The notes beneath the pieces were generated by a model. That model was not told the origin of the DNA and did no database searches. It was given only the letters and a program-made list of their open reading frames with translations. From a virus (lineage: Duplodnaviria > Caudoviricetes), in the IMG/VR virus record IMGVR_UViG_3300044970_000999, positions 1-63,492 of that record: DNA of 63,492 nt; one strand, given 5' to 3'. The translations under genes and the position numbers were made by a program. Each line of letters opens with the position of its first letter. Positions within the stretch are counted from its first letter, which is position 1. Below are positions 38,401-48,046 of the stretch, one piece after another.

Positions 38401-40884
38401 ATTTAAATCTGATATATAATTATTATAACATGTATTAGCTGCAGTTACAGCATTTGGAGCAAGATTTGGTTGATCAAGTTGTGGAGCAGGTGGGGGTGGA
38501 GATGGTGGTATTGCAGGATAGTTACCACCAGCAGCAGGAGTCCATGTCCAGTTATCATATTTCTGATATGGAACTTGAAAGTCAGCAACAGCTGGAGTAC
38601 TTATTTGTTCTTTACCAAGAAGATTTAAAAGAGCATTACCTAAACCAACAAATACTGCTGCAGTAACAGCGTCATTTGACATTAATTTATTTTCAGGATG
38701 CTTATTAGGAATTACAAATGAATGTACAGAATTACCTTGCAAACTTCCATATACTTTTAATTCAGTTTGATTAATAAATGGATTCCTAAAGCTTGTATCT
38801 GGAGATGTAAATGTTAGTAAGTTATATGGTATACTTTGATTTATAAAAGTTTCTTGTCCTGTTGTTGAATCTATGTCAACTGTTTTTATAAAAGGATCAT
38901 TATAGTAATAATCATGATCTCCAATGTTTGCACTATTATTCAATGGTATTGAACAGTTAAAAGGATAGTTTGCATATAATCCAGTTCTATTACCTTTTGA
39001 TTTTCCTTGTATTGGATAAGTTCTAAAGTTATTAATCATACCTTTAGCAACTATGCTTAAATTACCTTCTCTTGATCCTCTTAATATTTCATAACCTACA
39101 ATACCAGGTATATCATTGCCATCATTATCTTTTGGATAAATAATGTTGTCAAACTCTACACCCATTATTCTAATAAACTTTTTACCATCAGATGCATTAG
39201 CATTCTCTACTCTAAAGTGATATGTTTCAGGAGTTAAACCATTATCAGGAAATTTATGATGTCTTATTGGTTCTCCACAAAGATCATATCTAACATCTGT
39301 TGAGTCTGTCCAGCAATGTGCACTTGAGTTCCATACATCAGGTTGATTAGGATATTTTTCTGTTGATTCCCAATAACCCATTATACCTTTAGCTAAAACA
39401 ACACCACCATCAGGAAGTATTGGATAGTTTGGAGCAAATGTATCTGTTTGCCAAGCTGTATTTACAGTTTCAAATAATCTTTTATTATCAACAAAACTAT
39501 TTTTATCAAAGTAAGTATCAGTATCTAAAGTATTAGCAGGTACATTGTCTGGGTTAGGAGTTGGATAAATCTCTTTTGCTCTTCCAGGAATATGATAAGA
39601 TGCAGATTTATCTCCAGTATTGTATACCCATCTAATGAAGAAAGCATATACCTCATCTCTAAGATATCCTACTTTAGATCCGCCAGTAATATAATAATCT
39701 TCAGGATATTCAACTGATACCCATTTAGTACTAATTAAGTTAGCTAGTGGTTGATAGTTAAAATCAAATTTTGATGTTGGTGCAATTCTAAGTAGATACT
39801 GTCCAATATTTGCAATTTGATCTGACTTTTCATATACTGGATTTAAAATATTTAAATATGAAAGAGGAACTGTAACAAGAGTTTGTGCAATGTCATCTAA
39901 TTGTATTGTTGTTAATGATGTAGAATAATATCCTACTTGCTTTGCTTGTACATTTTCATTTATTGATCTTACTATTACTAATTCAAATTGGCTAAAATTT
40001 TCAGTATCTAAATCTAGTTTTAAAAGTAATGATCCATGAGATAAATCATTTTGTGTATATACAGGTTGAAGATTACTTGGTGAAAAATAGTTAGTTACTT
40101 TTTGTGTATTAATTGTATAAGCAATTACAGCAAAGTAAGTTCCATTTTCAAGAGTTCCTGTTCCTGGAGCAATAGATAATTCTACACAAGGTGTTTTTAC
40201 AAGTGATGCTAATCTTATTTTATCACAGTCAAGTTGATTAGTATCATTATAGATAATACATGGTCCTAATGAAGGTTTTTGTTCCCATGCTGTAATAGGC
40301 CAAAGATACTTTACACCATTTGCATCTAAATAGTAATTATAATTAAATCCTGCAGTTGTTGAATCAGAACCACCCCAAACATAATTAGGATCTGGCCAAG
40401 TTTTAGGATCACCAATGTTCATGTATCTATCAACATTTAATCCATCAGCCCAATATACTTCCCATGAACAATCTGCATTTTGTTTTGAAGCTCCAGTTAT
40501 AAGACTAGTTTCTTCAAAGTTTAAACAAGGAGATGATACAATAGGTCTATATCTACAATAGTCTTCTTCATATAAACCTATTTCAGAATTAGTAGATTTA
40601 TAGTTTACATAAGCAACAGTAAAAACAATCCATTTATCTGAATAAAGATGTACTAAGCCTATTATTTTTTTATCACCTATCATTGTTTCTCCACTTGTGC
40701 CGCAGAGATAATTAGAATCTTCATTAGATAATGTTCCTAAGCTACCTTCATCTGTATTATTTACCATGTTTCTTGCATGAACCCATAATCCAGATTGTAC
40801 AAATGAAGGGTCAGTATCTTTATTAAGACCTTTTGAAAAACTATTTGTTATACTTTGTACCGTATTTTGAATACCTTTAGCCAT
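35410..40884 (-). CDS. Tail muzzle / tail stabilization protein (Crassvirales Tstab)
   Basis: 1824 aa; FSKGLNKD..., GYLRDEVYAFFIRW, PIRHHKFPD, FGGDTYINRF, SWTVSYDP...ISFHDWHPD. Position immediately after the tail ring genes. Confidence 0.85.
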   Translation of the reverse strand: MAKGIQNTVQSITNSFSKGLNKDTDPSFVQSGLWVHARNMVNNTDEGSLGTLSNEDSNYLCGTSGETMIGDKKIIGLVHLYSDKWIVFTVAYVNYKSTNSEIGLYEEDYCRYRPIVSSPCLNFEETSLITGASKQNADCSWEVYWADGLNVDRYMNIGDPKTWPDPNYVWGGSDSTTAGFNYNYYLDANGVKYLWPITAWEQKPSLGPCIIYNDTNQLDCDKIRLASLVKTPCVELSIAPGTGTLENGTYFAVIAYTINTQKVTNYFSPSNLQPVYTQNDLSHGSLLLKLDLDTENFSQFELVIVRSINENVQAKQVGYYSTSLTTIQLDDIAQTLVTVPLSYLNILNPVYEKSDQIANIGQYLLRIAPTSKFDFNYQPLANLISTKWVSVEYPEDYYITGGSKVGYLRDEVYAFFIRWVYNTGDKSASYHIPGRAKEIYPTPNPDNVPANTLDTDTYFDKNSFVDNKRLFETVNTAWQTDTFAPNYPILPDGGVVLAKGIMGYWESTEKYPNQPDVWNSSAHCWTDSTDVRYDLCGEPIRHHKFPDNGLTPETYHFRVENANASDGKKFIRIMGVEFDNIIYPKDNDGNDIPGIVGYEILRGSREGNLSIVAKGMINNFRTYPIQGKSKGNRTGLYANYPFNCSIPLNNSANIGDHDYYYNDPFIKTVDIDSTTGQETFINQSIPYNLLTFTSPDTSFRNPFINQTELKVYGSLQGNSVHSFVIPNKHPENKLMSNDAVTAAVFVGLGNALLNLLGKEQISTPAVADFQVPYQKYDNWTWTPAAGGNYPAIPPSPPPPAPQLDQPNLAPNAVTAANTCYNNYISDLNNYNTLGGQLGAAFVGGVANPSLQDIFDKAAACYQQAGLYTPQTLITENNTSTVLNGIPGVIGTYLVQIPYYFTEGFNATLRIIQALLPFRQYALQSLAHGFYARFVTPNNNFLKRYKIENGFYLTDRNQEVPDFLNGAGVFQRYTINNLNRTKTVFLRTSAPNSIFTLPSLAPTMGPELVGTYIGSVQQIGFQEDNSLINLGKAEDAGLGLSFDNETRFNQFLGNIASHYVGLKYNVQNQYGQIESIKQVVSTTCEYRFNANNIIGPLNPDGDVYEVVTAATCPIGQVIQKKLRPTSIIFGGDTYINRFTEKNTMLFFYNWLYNLPDGTIWNYALYNNIPTARYWMNTAPYSKDENPFSSLSLAQIINGFSNVLTSGNFGTGILPKGYYNLDNKNYFRPTDAEGIYEGFFGINNAFFYLANSGVRDFFVESNVLVDFRSQGTFQAQQPYIPYQYTDLRELFDMDPEIITKGNFYNYDYSLSVTKFFTQYLSAGTVQGLNYDPNVASLCYTYYPNRSLYSLYQDDQSFDNNWLIYLPLNFVQFKDKITTVKGVGMTGMIFTFPTRGPLFYQGIDQLETLSGKKVTIGDGGLFSTPPQSSTNADRPFEYGSSQNIRSVLYSPAGLYYASMNQGKVFAYGEGLKEISQNGLKWWMNLFLPYKLTEDFPDFPHTDNPVVGIGVQTMYDNKDSILYISKKDYKLKNNIGKVVYDKGKNRFNYSGALYKLGDPLLFEDASWTVSYDPKAEIFISFHDWHPDLAFSANTRIFTTKDNTIWKHNDSCSDFCNFYGKQYPFEIEYPIITGQSPTVVKSIEYILEAYKYSNFNCVDQFHVLDANFNQAVVYNTEQVSGYLNLNIFPKNNITLSLQYPKLNQANLSSFDVLFSKEENKYRFNQFWDITKDRGEFPIGSNYPPTGPLVPGTTVLQGNYSDQFIWNTQSNGYIKNLNQNNLNYAKPQLQRKKFRHYLNYLFLSKLATQDERSINYILKIVNSKNQASLR

Positions 40885-41930
40885 TATATTATTCTATTTC
40901 CAGTTCTATTTCTATAATATGCTGCATTGGGAGAATAGCTTTCAAACATATAGTAGTATTTACCATACATAGCTTTTCTGTTTGTCCACCACATTTGTTC
41001 TAACTCTTTGAAGTTAGGTGTATTTACAACACTTAATGCATTATTTCTTGCTGTTCTAAGTCTTTGTTCAATTAAAGAAATTCTTTGTGAAACATCTTCT
41101 CCATTTAAAAATAAGTTTTCAAAGATCCTTGCTTTTAATGCATACTCATAATACTCATTTATAAGATCATGATCTGGCACCATTAAATTACCTTGATCAT
41201 CTTCCATCTGACCTTGATAATTTAAATATACTTTTCCTGTTTGAAAAGTTGTAAATAAAAATCCTCCTTTTATCCATCCTTGGTTTGGAGTATTATAATA
41301 AAGATTAGGACAGTCACATTCTATTTCTTGACTGGCTTTCATTCTTAATGGTAATAGATCTGTATAAACTCTTGTTGCACCAGAGCTATTCATTATTTGA
41401 ACAAGTTCCCATTTATCTCCTTTACAGTTCATGAATACCCTTGGAGCTATACATGTATCTCCATAAGGATTATTAGGATCATACTCTGTAGGTATTGGAT
41501 CTACTATGGGAAAATTAAGATCACAAGCTGCAGTTTTATTACATGGATTAGAATTACATGTTCTACAGTTAACAGTTGCAGGAGCACATACATCTACAGT
41601 TGCAGGAGTTTCTTGATATGGTACTTCCATTATAGTAGTACCTGCAGCATATGAATCATATCCAATATGCTGTGTATAATTACCACAAACAAATGCAAAA
41701 TTAAATGTATAAAAATCATCTGGCAATTTTACTCTACCATGACAGACATCAAGTATAACTTCTTTTTGTTGATTAATTCTTAAACCAAGATCATAATTAA
41801 TTTTTTTAACCAGCTTAATTAATTGCTGTGGCTCTATCATGTTTTCAAGAGCAAATGTATTTAAGTCAACTGTTACATCTTCTAACAATTGATCAAATGT
41901 TCTATACTTAAGTGTGTAGTTAAAGTCCAT
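40884..41930 (-). CDS. Tail ring / tail tubular protein with Cys-rich insert
   Basis: VKLPDDF, GFLFTTFQTGKVYLNY, GNLMVPDHDLINEYYEYA are typical of the crAss-like Ttub protein. Adjacent to the muzzle gene. Confidence 0.75.
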   Translation of the reverse strand: MDFNYTLKYRTFDQLLEDVTVDLNTFALENMIEPQQLIKLVKKINYDLGLRINQQKEVILDVCHGRVKLPDDFYTFNFAFVCGNYTQHIGYDSYAAGTTIMEVPYQETPATVDVCAPATVNCRTCNSNPCNKTAACDLNFPIVDPIPTEYDPNNPYGDTCIAPRVFMNCKGDKWELVQIMNSSGATRVYTDLLPLRMKASQEIECDCPNLYYNTPNQGWIKGGFLFTTFQTGKVYLNYQGQMEDDQGNLMVPDHDLINEYYEYALKARIFENLFLNGEDVSQRISLIEQRLRTARNNALSVVNTPNFKELEQMWWTNRKAMYGKYYYMFESYSPNAAYYRNRTGNRII

Positions 41931-42595
41931 TATCTAAGAGTATTTTGACCATCATCTGGACCATCTGAAGGAACAGATAGTGACATTGATAGTTCTTTAA
42001 TTACAAATTGCTCAACTTCAGAAAACAAATATTCTGGAATTGTTAATAGTTTATTTTGAGCTATTTCACATTGTTCTTTCTCATCACAAGGATCTGTTAC
42101 TCCTTGAAATATAGCTTCCATTCTAAGTGCTTCCCAATCTATATTTGGAGAGTAAAGATAACCATCTAGGTACCAGAAATATTTTCTTGTGTTATATTTA
42201 AATGTTGTTGTTTTAGTCATAGAAACCCAAGTACCAGGATCTGTTCTAAACATTTCTATTGTACCATCTATTGAAGATACTGTACGTATAATTGGACCAA
42301 ATGTTCCTTCAAGTATAGTTGGTAGTTTTTCTTTTGTTCTTTTAAAATAACACCCAGAATACACACCATAACATCCTGCTTCTACTTTATCTACATCAAT
42401 AAGCTCAAGATATGGAAGTACTTGAAAAATAGAACTAATCTTCATCAACTTAAATTGATTATCTTCTCTCTTTAAGAGTGTTTGACCATATTTAATTAAT
42501 GAGCTATAGATAACTCTATCAGTTAAAAATGGATCTTCTTTTACTGCCTTTAGAGTATTTCTAACTCTTGATACTGCTTCTCCTATGGTTGTCAT
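41930..42595 (-). CDS. Tail ring protein (crAss-like)
   Basis: 221 aa; ELIDVDKVEAGC...KRTKEKLP...YFWYLDGYLY...DD near C-terminus. Position in the tail block. Confidence 0.65.
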   Translation of the reverse strand: MTTIGEAVSRVRNTLKAVKEDPFLTDRVIYSSLIKYGQTLLKREDNQFKLMKISSIFQVLPYLELIDVDKVEAGCYGVYSGCYFKRTKEKLPTILEGTFGPIIRTVSSIDGTIEMFRTDPGTWVSMTKTTTFKYNTRKYFWYLDGYLYSPNIDWEALRMEAIFQGVTDPCDEKEQCEIAQNKLLTIPEYLFSEVEQFVIKELSMSLSVPSDGPDDGQNTLR

Positions 42596-43173
42596 AGTTC
42601 AAATTCATTATAATATTTTAATTTTTCTTTATCCTGTTGCTTAGTTCTATTAACCAAATAGTTAATAGAATTATTTAGTTTAATTCTAATTGTAGGCTCT
42701 ACAACTAAATACATATTCCAGTTTTCTGGATATGATTTAGATACAGATCTTTTAAAATCTCTGCAAGCAACAAAACTCCAAAATTCTCTATTCTTCATTT
42801 TGTGTTTTAATGCATAACTTGTAAAAAATATTTTAGCAAGCTTACCATCTGTTTCCCAGTTTTTATTAGTAACAGTTACTCCATATTTTTTTGACTTAAC
42901 AAAGTCTACGTTTTGTTTTTTAGGAGATTGACATGTACCAATAAAAATCCAACCCAACTGCTCAGGCAGTTGAGCTCCATCTCTTGTATCTATAACTGTC
43001 TGATAAAAAGACTTATTAAAATATTTAATAATTTTTCTTAAATCTTTATTATCTAAGTTTTTATACTTAGGATGCTTTTTTTTAAAATTCTCAAAGAACT
43101 CTTTATCCATAATTGTAAAAACCTCTGGTCTATATCTTGGGGCTTTTACATCTGGGCTTTTAAACTCCTTCAT
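42592..43173 (-). CDS. IHF/HU-like DNA-binding protein (crAss-like IHF family)
   Basis: Basic 193 aa protein with KIIKYFN...DGAQLPEQLGWIFI. Crassvirales typically carry IHF-like genes at this position. Confidence 0.6.
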   Translation of the reverse strand: MKEFKSPDVKAPRYRPEVFTIMDKEFFENFKKKHPKYKNLDNKDLRKIIKYFNKSFYQTVIDTRDGAQLPEQLGWIFIGTCQSPKKQNVDFVKSKKYGVTVTNKNWETDGKLAKIFFTSYALKHKMKNREFWSFVACRDFKRSVSKSYPENWNMYLVVEPTIRIKLNNSINYLVNRTKQQDKEKLKYYNEFEL

Positions 43174-43183
43174 ACTATAATAA

Positions 43184-43215
43184 TTAATATACTAAAAATA
43201 AATGACTTTAACAAA
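43184..43215 (-). promoter_or_regulatory. Putative phage promoter TTTG-N20-TATATTAA
   Basis: Lies directly downstream of a terminator and upstream of the IHF/tail operon. Confidence 0.7.
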
Positions 43216-43224
43216 TATAAGTAT

Positions 43225-43256
43225 AAAAGCAAAACCCCCGCGAGTGCAGGGGTTTT
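43225..43256 (-). terminator. Rho-independent terminator
   Basis: Minus strand reads AAAACCCCTGC-ACTC-GCGGGGGTTTT-GCTTTT: a GC-rich stem followed by a U tract, downstream of the 43290-44291 gene. Confidence 0.85.
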
Positions 43257-43289
43257 ACCAGTTGTTACAGAAACCAACAAACTGCAACT

Positions 43290-44291
43290 TTATCTTTCTT
43301 CTACCATCATCTGAGCTTGTAATAACCAACCAGGTGAGGTAATATCTTTAGTTTTAAATTTTAAACTTACTGTTTCTCCAGGGTTTAATGTGATATAATA
43401 GAAAAATGAAGAGTTAAAAGTTAACTGCCCTGATAAAAATCTAAACTCAACAGTATTTCCTGCTGTTGTTAAAACTTGATCAGGAGCAATTGATGACCTA
43501 TTAACTATATCATTTGCATTTGCACCATCTAACAATGAACCAGATAAAAGTGGTCTTGATAAATTTTGATACATTACAGTATCAATAAAACCTACAGTTT
43601 TAATAATTGCGCCATCAACCCAGTTAGAGATATTAGAGTTATTAACAGCAGAAGGTAGTGTTACTGTATCATATGATACCCAAACTTTATAATTTTTTGC
43701 AACAAGACTGGGATTAGTATATGTTAAAGTTGAATATCCAACACTTGGAAAACTATAAACACTTGGTGTTGGAACCGTTTGTATATTTACATTTTCTACA
43801 TTATCATCATAAAAGAATTCTTTAGCTGATGCATTAATAGTGTATGTTGTAGTATTACCAACAACAACTGATGTAACATTAATTCCTGTTCCACCTGAAA
43901 TAACAACAGCTGGAAGCTGTGTTGGATCAAAACATATGGTATATGTAGTAACACCAGTAGCAGGATTAGTTTCTGATGTAATGGTTAAATACTCATTTGT
44001 ATTACACACCTCTACAACAGAACCAAGATCTGGTTCAGTTATAAACTCACAAAAGAATGCAATTAAATCATTTAATGCATCTGCAAGGTTAGTGTTTGTA
44101 TTTACAACAATTTGATCTATACACTCTATAGGATCTCCACTATATATAACACATTCTGCATCAAAGTATTCTGAACATGGTAATGGATTAGGGCAACCTT
44201 CAGGAGTAGGGCATGGTGGTGGAGTTGTCAATGCTGAATCTGAACATCCACACTTTTTACATCCACAAGTTGTACAAGTATTAGTAGCCAT
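43290..44291 (-). CDS. Putative tail/head fibre protein with Cys-rich N-terminus
   Basis: CTTCGCKKCGC...CSEYFDAECVIYSGDPIEC, then T/V-rich beta repeats (GGTGINVTS...TTYTIN) and a beta-sandwich-like C-terminus. Confidence 0.6.
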   Translation of the reverse strand: MATNTCTTCGCKKCGCSDSALTTPPPCPTPEGCPNPLPCSEYFDAECVIYSGDPIECIDQIVVNTNTNLADALNDLIAFFCEFITEPDLGSVVEVCNTNEYLTITSETNPATGVTTYTICFDPTQLPAVVISGGTGINVTSVVVGNTTTYTINASAKEFFYDDNVENVNIQTVPTPSVYSFPSVGYSTLTYTNPSLVAKNYKVWVSYDTVTLPSAVNNSNISNWVDGAIIKTVGFIDTVMYQNLSRPLLSGSLLDGANANDIVNRSSIAPDQVLTTAGNTVEFRFLSGQLTFNSSFFYYITLNPGETVSLKFKTKDITSPGWLLQAQMMVEER

Positions 44292-44302
44292 AGTTTAATT
44301 TA

Positions 44303-45964
44303 TTAAGGACAAACAACAGGAGTTATTATATTAGTAGTACAAGGACTGATATGTGCAACAAGACCATCTAATGGAATTCTAAAACCACCAACAGAAGTTT
44401 CACTATTTGCATTACATGTAAATGGATATGTTAGATTATTATCATATTCTAAATCTAGACCAATTGTACCTGAAAGAGGATTACTATTAACATTAGTATT
44501 TGCATTATCAAACTTAGGAACATAATCTCCAGAAGTTACATGTGAAACAACATAATTTAAATGTGATGTATTAAATGCTGCAGTTCCTGAAAAAGCATTC
44601 TGTTCTGCATTCTTAGGTAGATTAACTGATAATAGTTTACTAGTAGAAATTGATATACTAAATAATCCAGAAAGAATTGTGCTTGTTACAGGTGCACCAT
44701 CTATTTGTACAGGTCTTGTACCAACAATAAAACTTGTTGAATAATTATTATCAAATGTTTCACCAACAGACATTATACTTGTTGGTATAACTGAATTAGA
44801 TTGATTAAATGTTATTGTTCCAGCAGAAGATGCTGTAACAGAATTAGCTCCTATTGATGCAGGAGTAACTGTTGTAGATAAATAATATGTATCAACTGCT
44901 GGAGAATTTTGTAACTGCCAAGTTAAAGGTACACCTGTTCCATCATCAATTGGAATAGTAATAAGCCCTCTAAAATAAACAGTATTTCCAATTCTTCTTG
45001 CTTGTGGTTTAAGAGTTAATGTTTCTGTTCCAGAGTAGAACCCAAAACCATTTAAGTCTACCCATCCTGAATCTAGAATTTTTGCAGATACTGTATATGC
45101 TGGTCCACCAGTAACTGTTGTCTCAATTGTGTTTGTTGTATCTCCTACAACTGTAACTGTTGTACCATTATAAATATCACATAGTACAATCCATATATTA
45201 TTTATTACATCTGCTATAGTTGATGCTGGTTGTATGAATGCAGGATATTGTACCGCATAAGTAGCAGCAGGATTTACTTTTGTAAAGTCAGTTCCTATTA
45301 TACATTGAGATGCAACTGCACTTAATAAACTTGCTGTTGATCCTGTAGCTGCATAAAAACTACACCAAACATCATTAATAAACTCTTCTAATACTATATC
45401 AATTCTATATGGATTACCTGAGATTAATGTATTAATTGGGCAGTTAATTACAAAGGTTGGTAATGTAAATGTTGGTATAACAGCATTCTCAAGATTTGTA
45501 ACTCTTATGTCAAGATTATTAATTTGATTATTTATAATAGCAATCTGATCAATAAGATTACAAATTTTTTCTCCTATTACCTGTGCATATTCCGCAACAG
45601 TCATAACCGTTATATCTCCAACTACAAAACATGGTGCAACTGTAACTAATGTTTCTCCAGAAGGACTTGTTGTTATTGTAGATGTAGGTGTGCTCTCAAG
45701 TGCACAAATTCTTTCAATTAAAAATTGAATTAATTCTTGGATATTCTGTGGTTTACAACTTGCTAAATCAAAACAAGATAAGTCATAACCATTAACATCT
45801 AATAAATCCATGATGTTACATAATTCTGTAGCAAGTTTATGAATTACATCAGATACTGTATCTCCTGTACAAAGTTTTATACAAGGAATATTTGGTCCTT
45901 GCCAAATCACACAATTACTTGATATTGGACTACATGGACTATTATCTAAATTTAAAGGTTTCAT
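44303..45964 (-). CDS. Putative tail fibre/spike protein
   Basis: CSPISSNCVIWQGPNIPC head similar to the downstream gene, a coiled coil (INNLDIRVTNLEN), and a DSGWVDL...ARRIGNTVYFRG fibre-type domain. Confidence 0.65.
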   Translation of the reverse strand: MKPLNLDNSPCSPISSNCVIWQGPNIPCIKLCTGDTVSDVIHKLATELCNIMDLLDVNGYDLSCFDLASCKPQNIQELIQFLIERICALESTPTSTITTSPSGETLVTVAPCFVVGDITVMTVAEYAQVIGEKICNLIDQIAIINNQINNLDIRVTNLENAVIPTFTLPTFVINCPINTLISGNPYRIDIVLEEFINDVWCSFYAATGSTASLLSAVASQCIIGTDFTKVNPAATYAVQYPAFIQPASTIADVINNIWIVLCDIYNGTTVTVVGDTTNTIETTVTGGPAYTVSAKILDSGWVDLNGFGFYSGTETLTLKPQARRIGNTVYFRGLITIPIDDGTGVPLTWQLQNSPAVDTYYLSTTVTPASIGANSVTASSAGTITFNQSNSVIPTSIMSVGETFDNNYSTSFIVGTRPVQIDGAPVTSTILSGLFSISISTSKLLSVNLPKNAEQNAFSGTAAFNTSHLNYVVSHVTSGDYVPKFDNANTNVNSNPLSGTIGLDLEYDNNLTYPFTCNANSETSVGGFRIPLDGLVAHISPCTTNIITPVVCP

Positions 45965-45968
45965 ATTT

Positions 45969-46000
45969 ATAATATACTAATTATTATTAAGAATTACAAG
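45969..46000 (-). promoter_or_regulatory. Putative phage promoter CTTG-N20-TATATTAT
   Basis: TTAG-TATATTAT core with a near-match upstream box at the same spacing. It sits very close to the ATG. Confidence 0.45.
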
Positions 46001-47867
46001 TAGTTATTGTAGGACTACAGTTACATGTTCCTGAACAAGAAGATGTAGGACAACAAGAATTTACTTCAGTGCATACATAATCTGGGTCTCTTAAAGCATC
46101 AAGATCTATTAATTCCTTTTTAATGGTCCACTTTAAGTCTTCTTCAGGACAACAATTTGATATACCATATCTTAATTGTAGAACTTGTTTATAATATGCT
46201 TCAGATGCTTTACAAGTTATCTTCTCATATTTTTCAATTGAGCAAACAGGTGTATTATATCCAGGTTGTACACTTCTTCTTTTGTATACAGGTGGTGGAC
46301 ATAACCATGGACTTTGTATTGTTTCTTGTGTACAGTCACCGTATGTTTCTATATAATCTGTTTGTGGATAATATTCTTTCCAAACTCTTATACAGAATTT
46401 TTCAGATTTCTCACCAGGTAATAAAACAAATTCTTGTATATCTAATCTACAGTCATAATATGAATATTCTTTTTCTGTAGAGCTATCATTTCTTACTGTT
46501 GTGCAAATACATGGAAATGTAAGTAAACATTCTTCACAGTCTTCAAACTCTGTTTCTGGAATTACAATGCCAGAATTTGTTGGAGTTTGAGATGTTTCAA
46601 CTAGCCAACATGTTTCTGGACAATATTTAATTTTAATTACAGATCCTATATATTGTGTAAGATCAGTGTAAGTGTATATTGGGTCTTTATATCCTGTACA
46701 ATCTGTAAGTTTATAATATTCTCTACCACACTCTTCACAATCTATAAATGCTGCAGATACAGTTACTACAACATCAGATGGAATATATTCTATTTCTTCT
46801 ACTAACCAACAACCTGGACATTCCCCTCTTCTTATTACTTGTCCAACAAAAGGACTTAAATCAGAACTTGTATATACAATTGTTCCTGAGTCATCACAGT
46901 TAGTAAGTTTATATTTACTTGGATTTTTACAAGTTTCACAATCATTGTATGTGAAAGTTACAACAACATCTATTGCACATTCACATTCTTCTGTATCTGC
47001 AACTATCCAGCATGTGTCATAACCTTGAATTTTAACTATTTGACCAATTATTGCATATTGACCTAGTGAAGGTTTTGTTGTATATATAGGATCTTTTATT
47101 CCTTCACAATCTACTAATTTATAACATGGTGTTGGACATTCTCCATTTATACATGGTCCAATATTAATTATTTCAAATTTTGAGTTAGGTACAATACCTT
47201 CAATCCATGGTGTTGTAGATGCACATGGTATTTCTTTCAATGTTCCAGTTAAAGGACCTGTTGTTTGAAAATTACCATCACAATCCACATAATAACAATC
47301 TTTAGAGTTTGCTATTACAGTATAACAATTGCAAGGACATTCACAATCTTCTTTATAATACAATGGACTTGAAGGCTCTACAGGGCATTGCAAATTTGGT
47401 GGTGCAAGCAATACCTGCACACATATTTCTGGAAACTCATCTGAAGCATAAAAAGTAACACTCTGACCAGTAACTGAATAAAGATATGCTGATAAATCAT
47501 AATTTGTTACAAACGGAGCTATGCTACCATCACATGGCATTAACAAGTAACATGGGCATGGTTTACATTCTACAAATAATTCACCATCTACTAAACAGTC
47601 TCTTCTTGCATCAGTTGTACTCATCCAACCTGAAAGCAGTGTTGGATATGCAGAGCCATCACCTACTTCAGATGTTACATAGTAACATGATTTAGATGTT
47701 AGTCCAAAATTAGGTCCGAATATTCCTCCTGGATCATATATTAGTACAGTAGGAAGTGTTGGAAATATTCCTGTCCAAAATATATCTACTGGATTTGTAG
47801 GTCCTTGAAAGTATAATACTTCTCCAGTACAACATGATTCAAACCTAAAATAAACTGGTGCTGCCAT
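45987..47867 (-). CDS. Cys-rich repeat structural protein (putative tail hub/fibre-associated)
   Basis: 626 aa with tandem ~70-aa repeats YKLxxC...xxYT..DL...GxVxx....CWxV, and a C-terminal YYKQVLQLRYGISNCC. Confidence 0.65.
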   Translation of the reverse strand: MAAPVYFRFESCCTGEVLYFQGPTNPVDIFWTGIFPTLPTVLIYDPGGIFGPNFGLTSKSCYYVTSEVGDGSAYPTLLSGWMSTTDARRDCLVDGELFVECKPCPCYLLMPCDGSIAPFVTNYDLSAYLYSVTGQSVTFYASDEFPEICVQVLLAPPNLQCPVEPSSPLYYKEDCECPCNCYTVIANSKDCYYVDCDGNFQTTGPLTGTLKEIPCASTTPWIEGIVPNSKFEIINIGPCINGECPTPCYKLVDCEGIKDPIYTTKPSLGQYAIIGQIVKIQGYDTCWIVADTEECECAIDVVVTFTYNDCETCKNPSKYKLTNCDDSGTIVYTSSDLSPFVGQVIRRGECPGCWLVEEIEYIPSDVVVTVSAAFIDCEECGREYYKLTDCTGYKDPIYTYTDLTQYIGSVIKIKYCPETCWLVETSQTPTNSGIVIPETEFEDCEECLLTFPCICTTVRNDSSTEKEYSYYDCRLDIQEFVLLPGEKSEKFCIRVWKEYYPQTDYIETYGDCTQETIQSPWLCPPPVYKRRSVQPGYNTPVCSIEKYEKITCKASEAYYKQVLQLRYGISNCCPEEDLKWTIKKELIDLDALRDPDYVCTEVNSCCPTSSCSGTCNCSPTITTCNS

Positions 47868-48025
47868 TATTTAATAAATTTCTTTAAATCTTCTTTTCCT
47901 CTTTGAGCTTTAAGTTTTGTTTCATATTGACCTATGCAATTACTACAAACTGGTGTCTTATCTGATGCTGTTTTTCTCTGACATCCACATGATAATTTAG
48001 CTTTGCAATTTGAACATACTGACAT
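47867..48025 (-). CDS. Small Cys-rich zinc-finger-like protein (52 aa), not in ORF track
   Basis: MSVCSNCKAKLSCGCQRKTASDKTPVCSNCIGQYETKLKAQRGKEDLKKFIK*. It fills the gap, and its stop overlaps the next ATG (TAATG). Confidence 0.85.
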   Translation of the reverse strand: MSVCSNCKAKLSCGCQRKTASDKTPVCSNCIGQYETKLKAQRGKEDLKKFIK

Positions 48026-48046
48026 AACTATTGGTTTTTATTTGGT

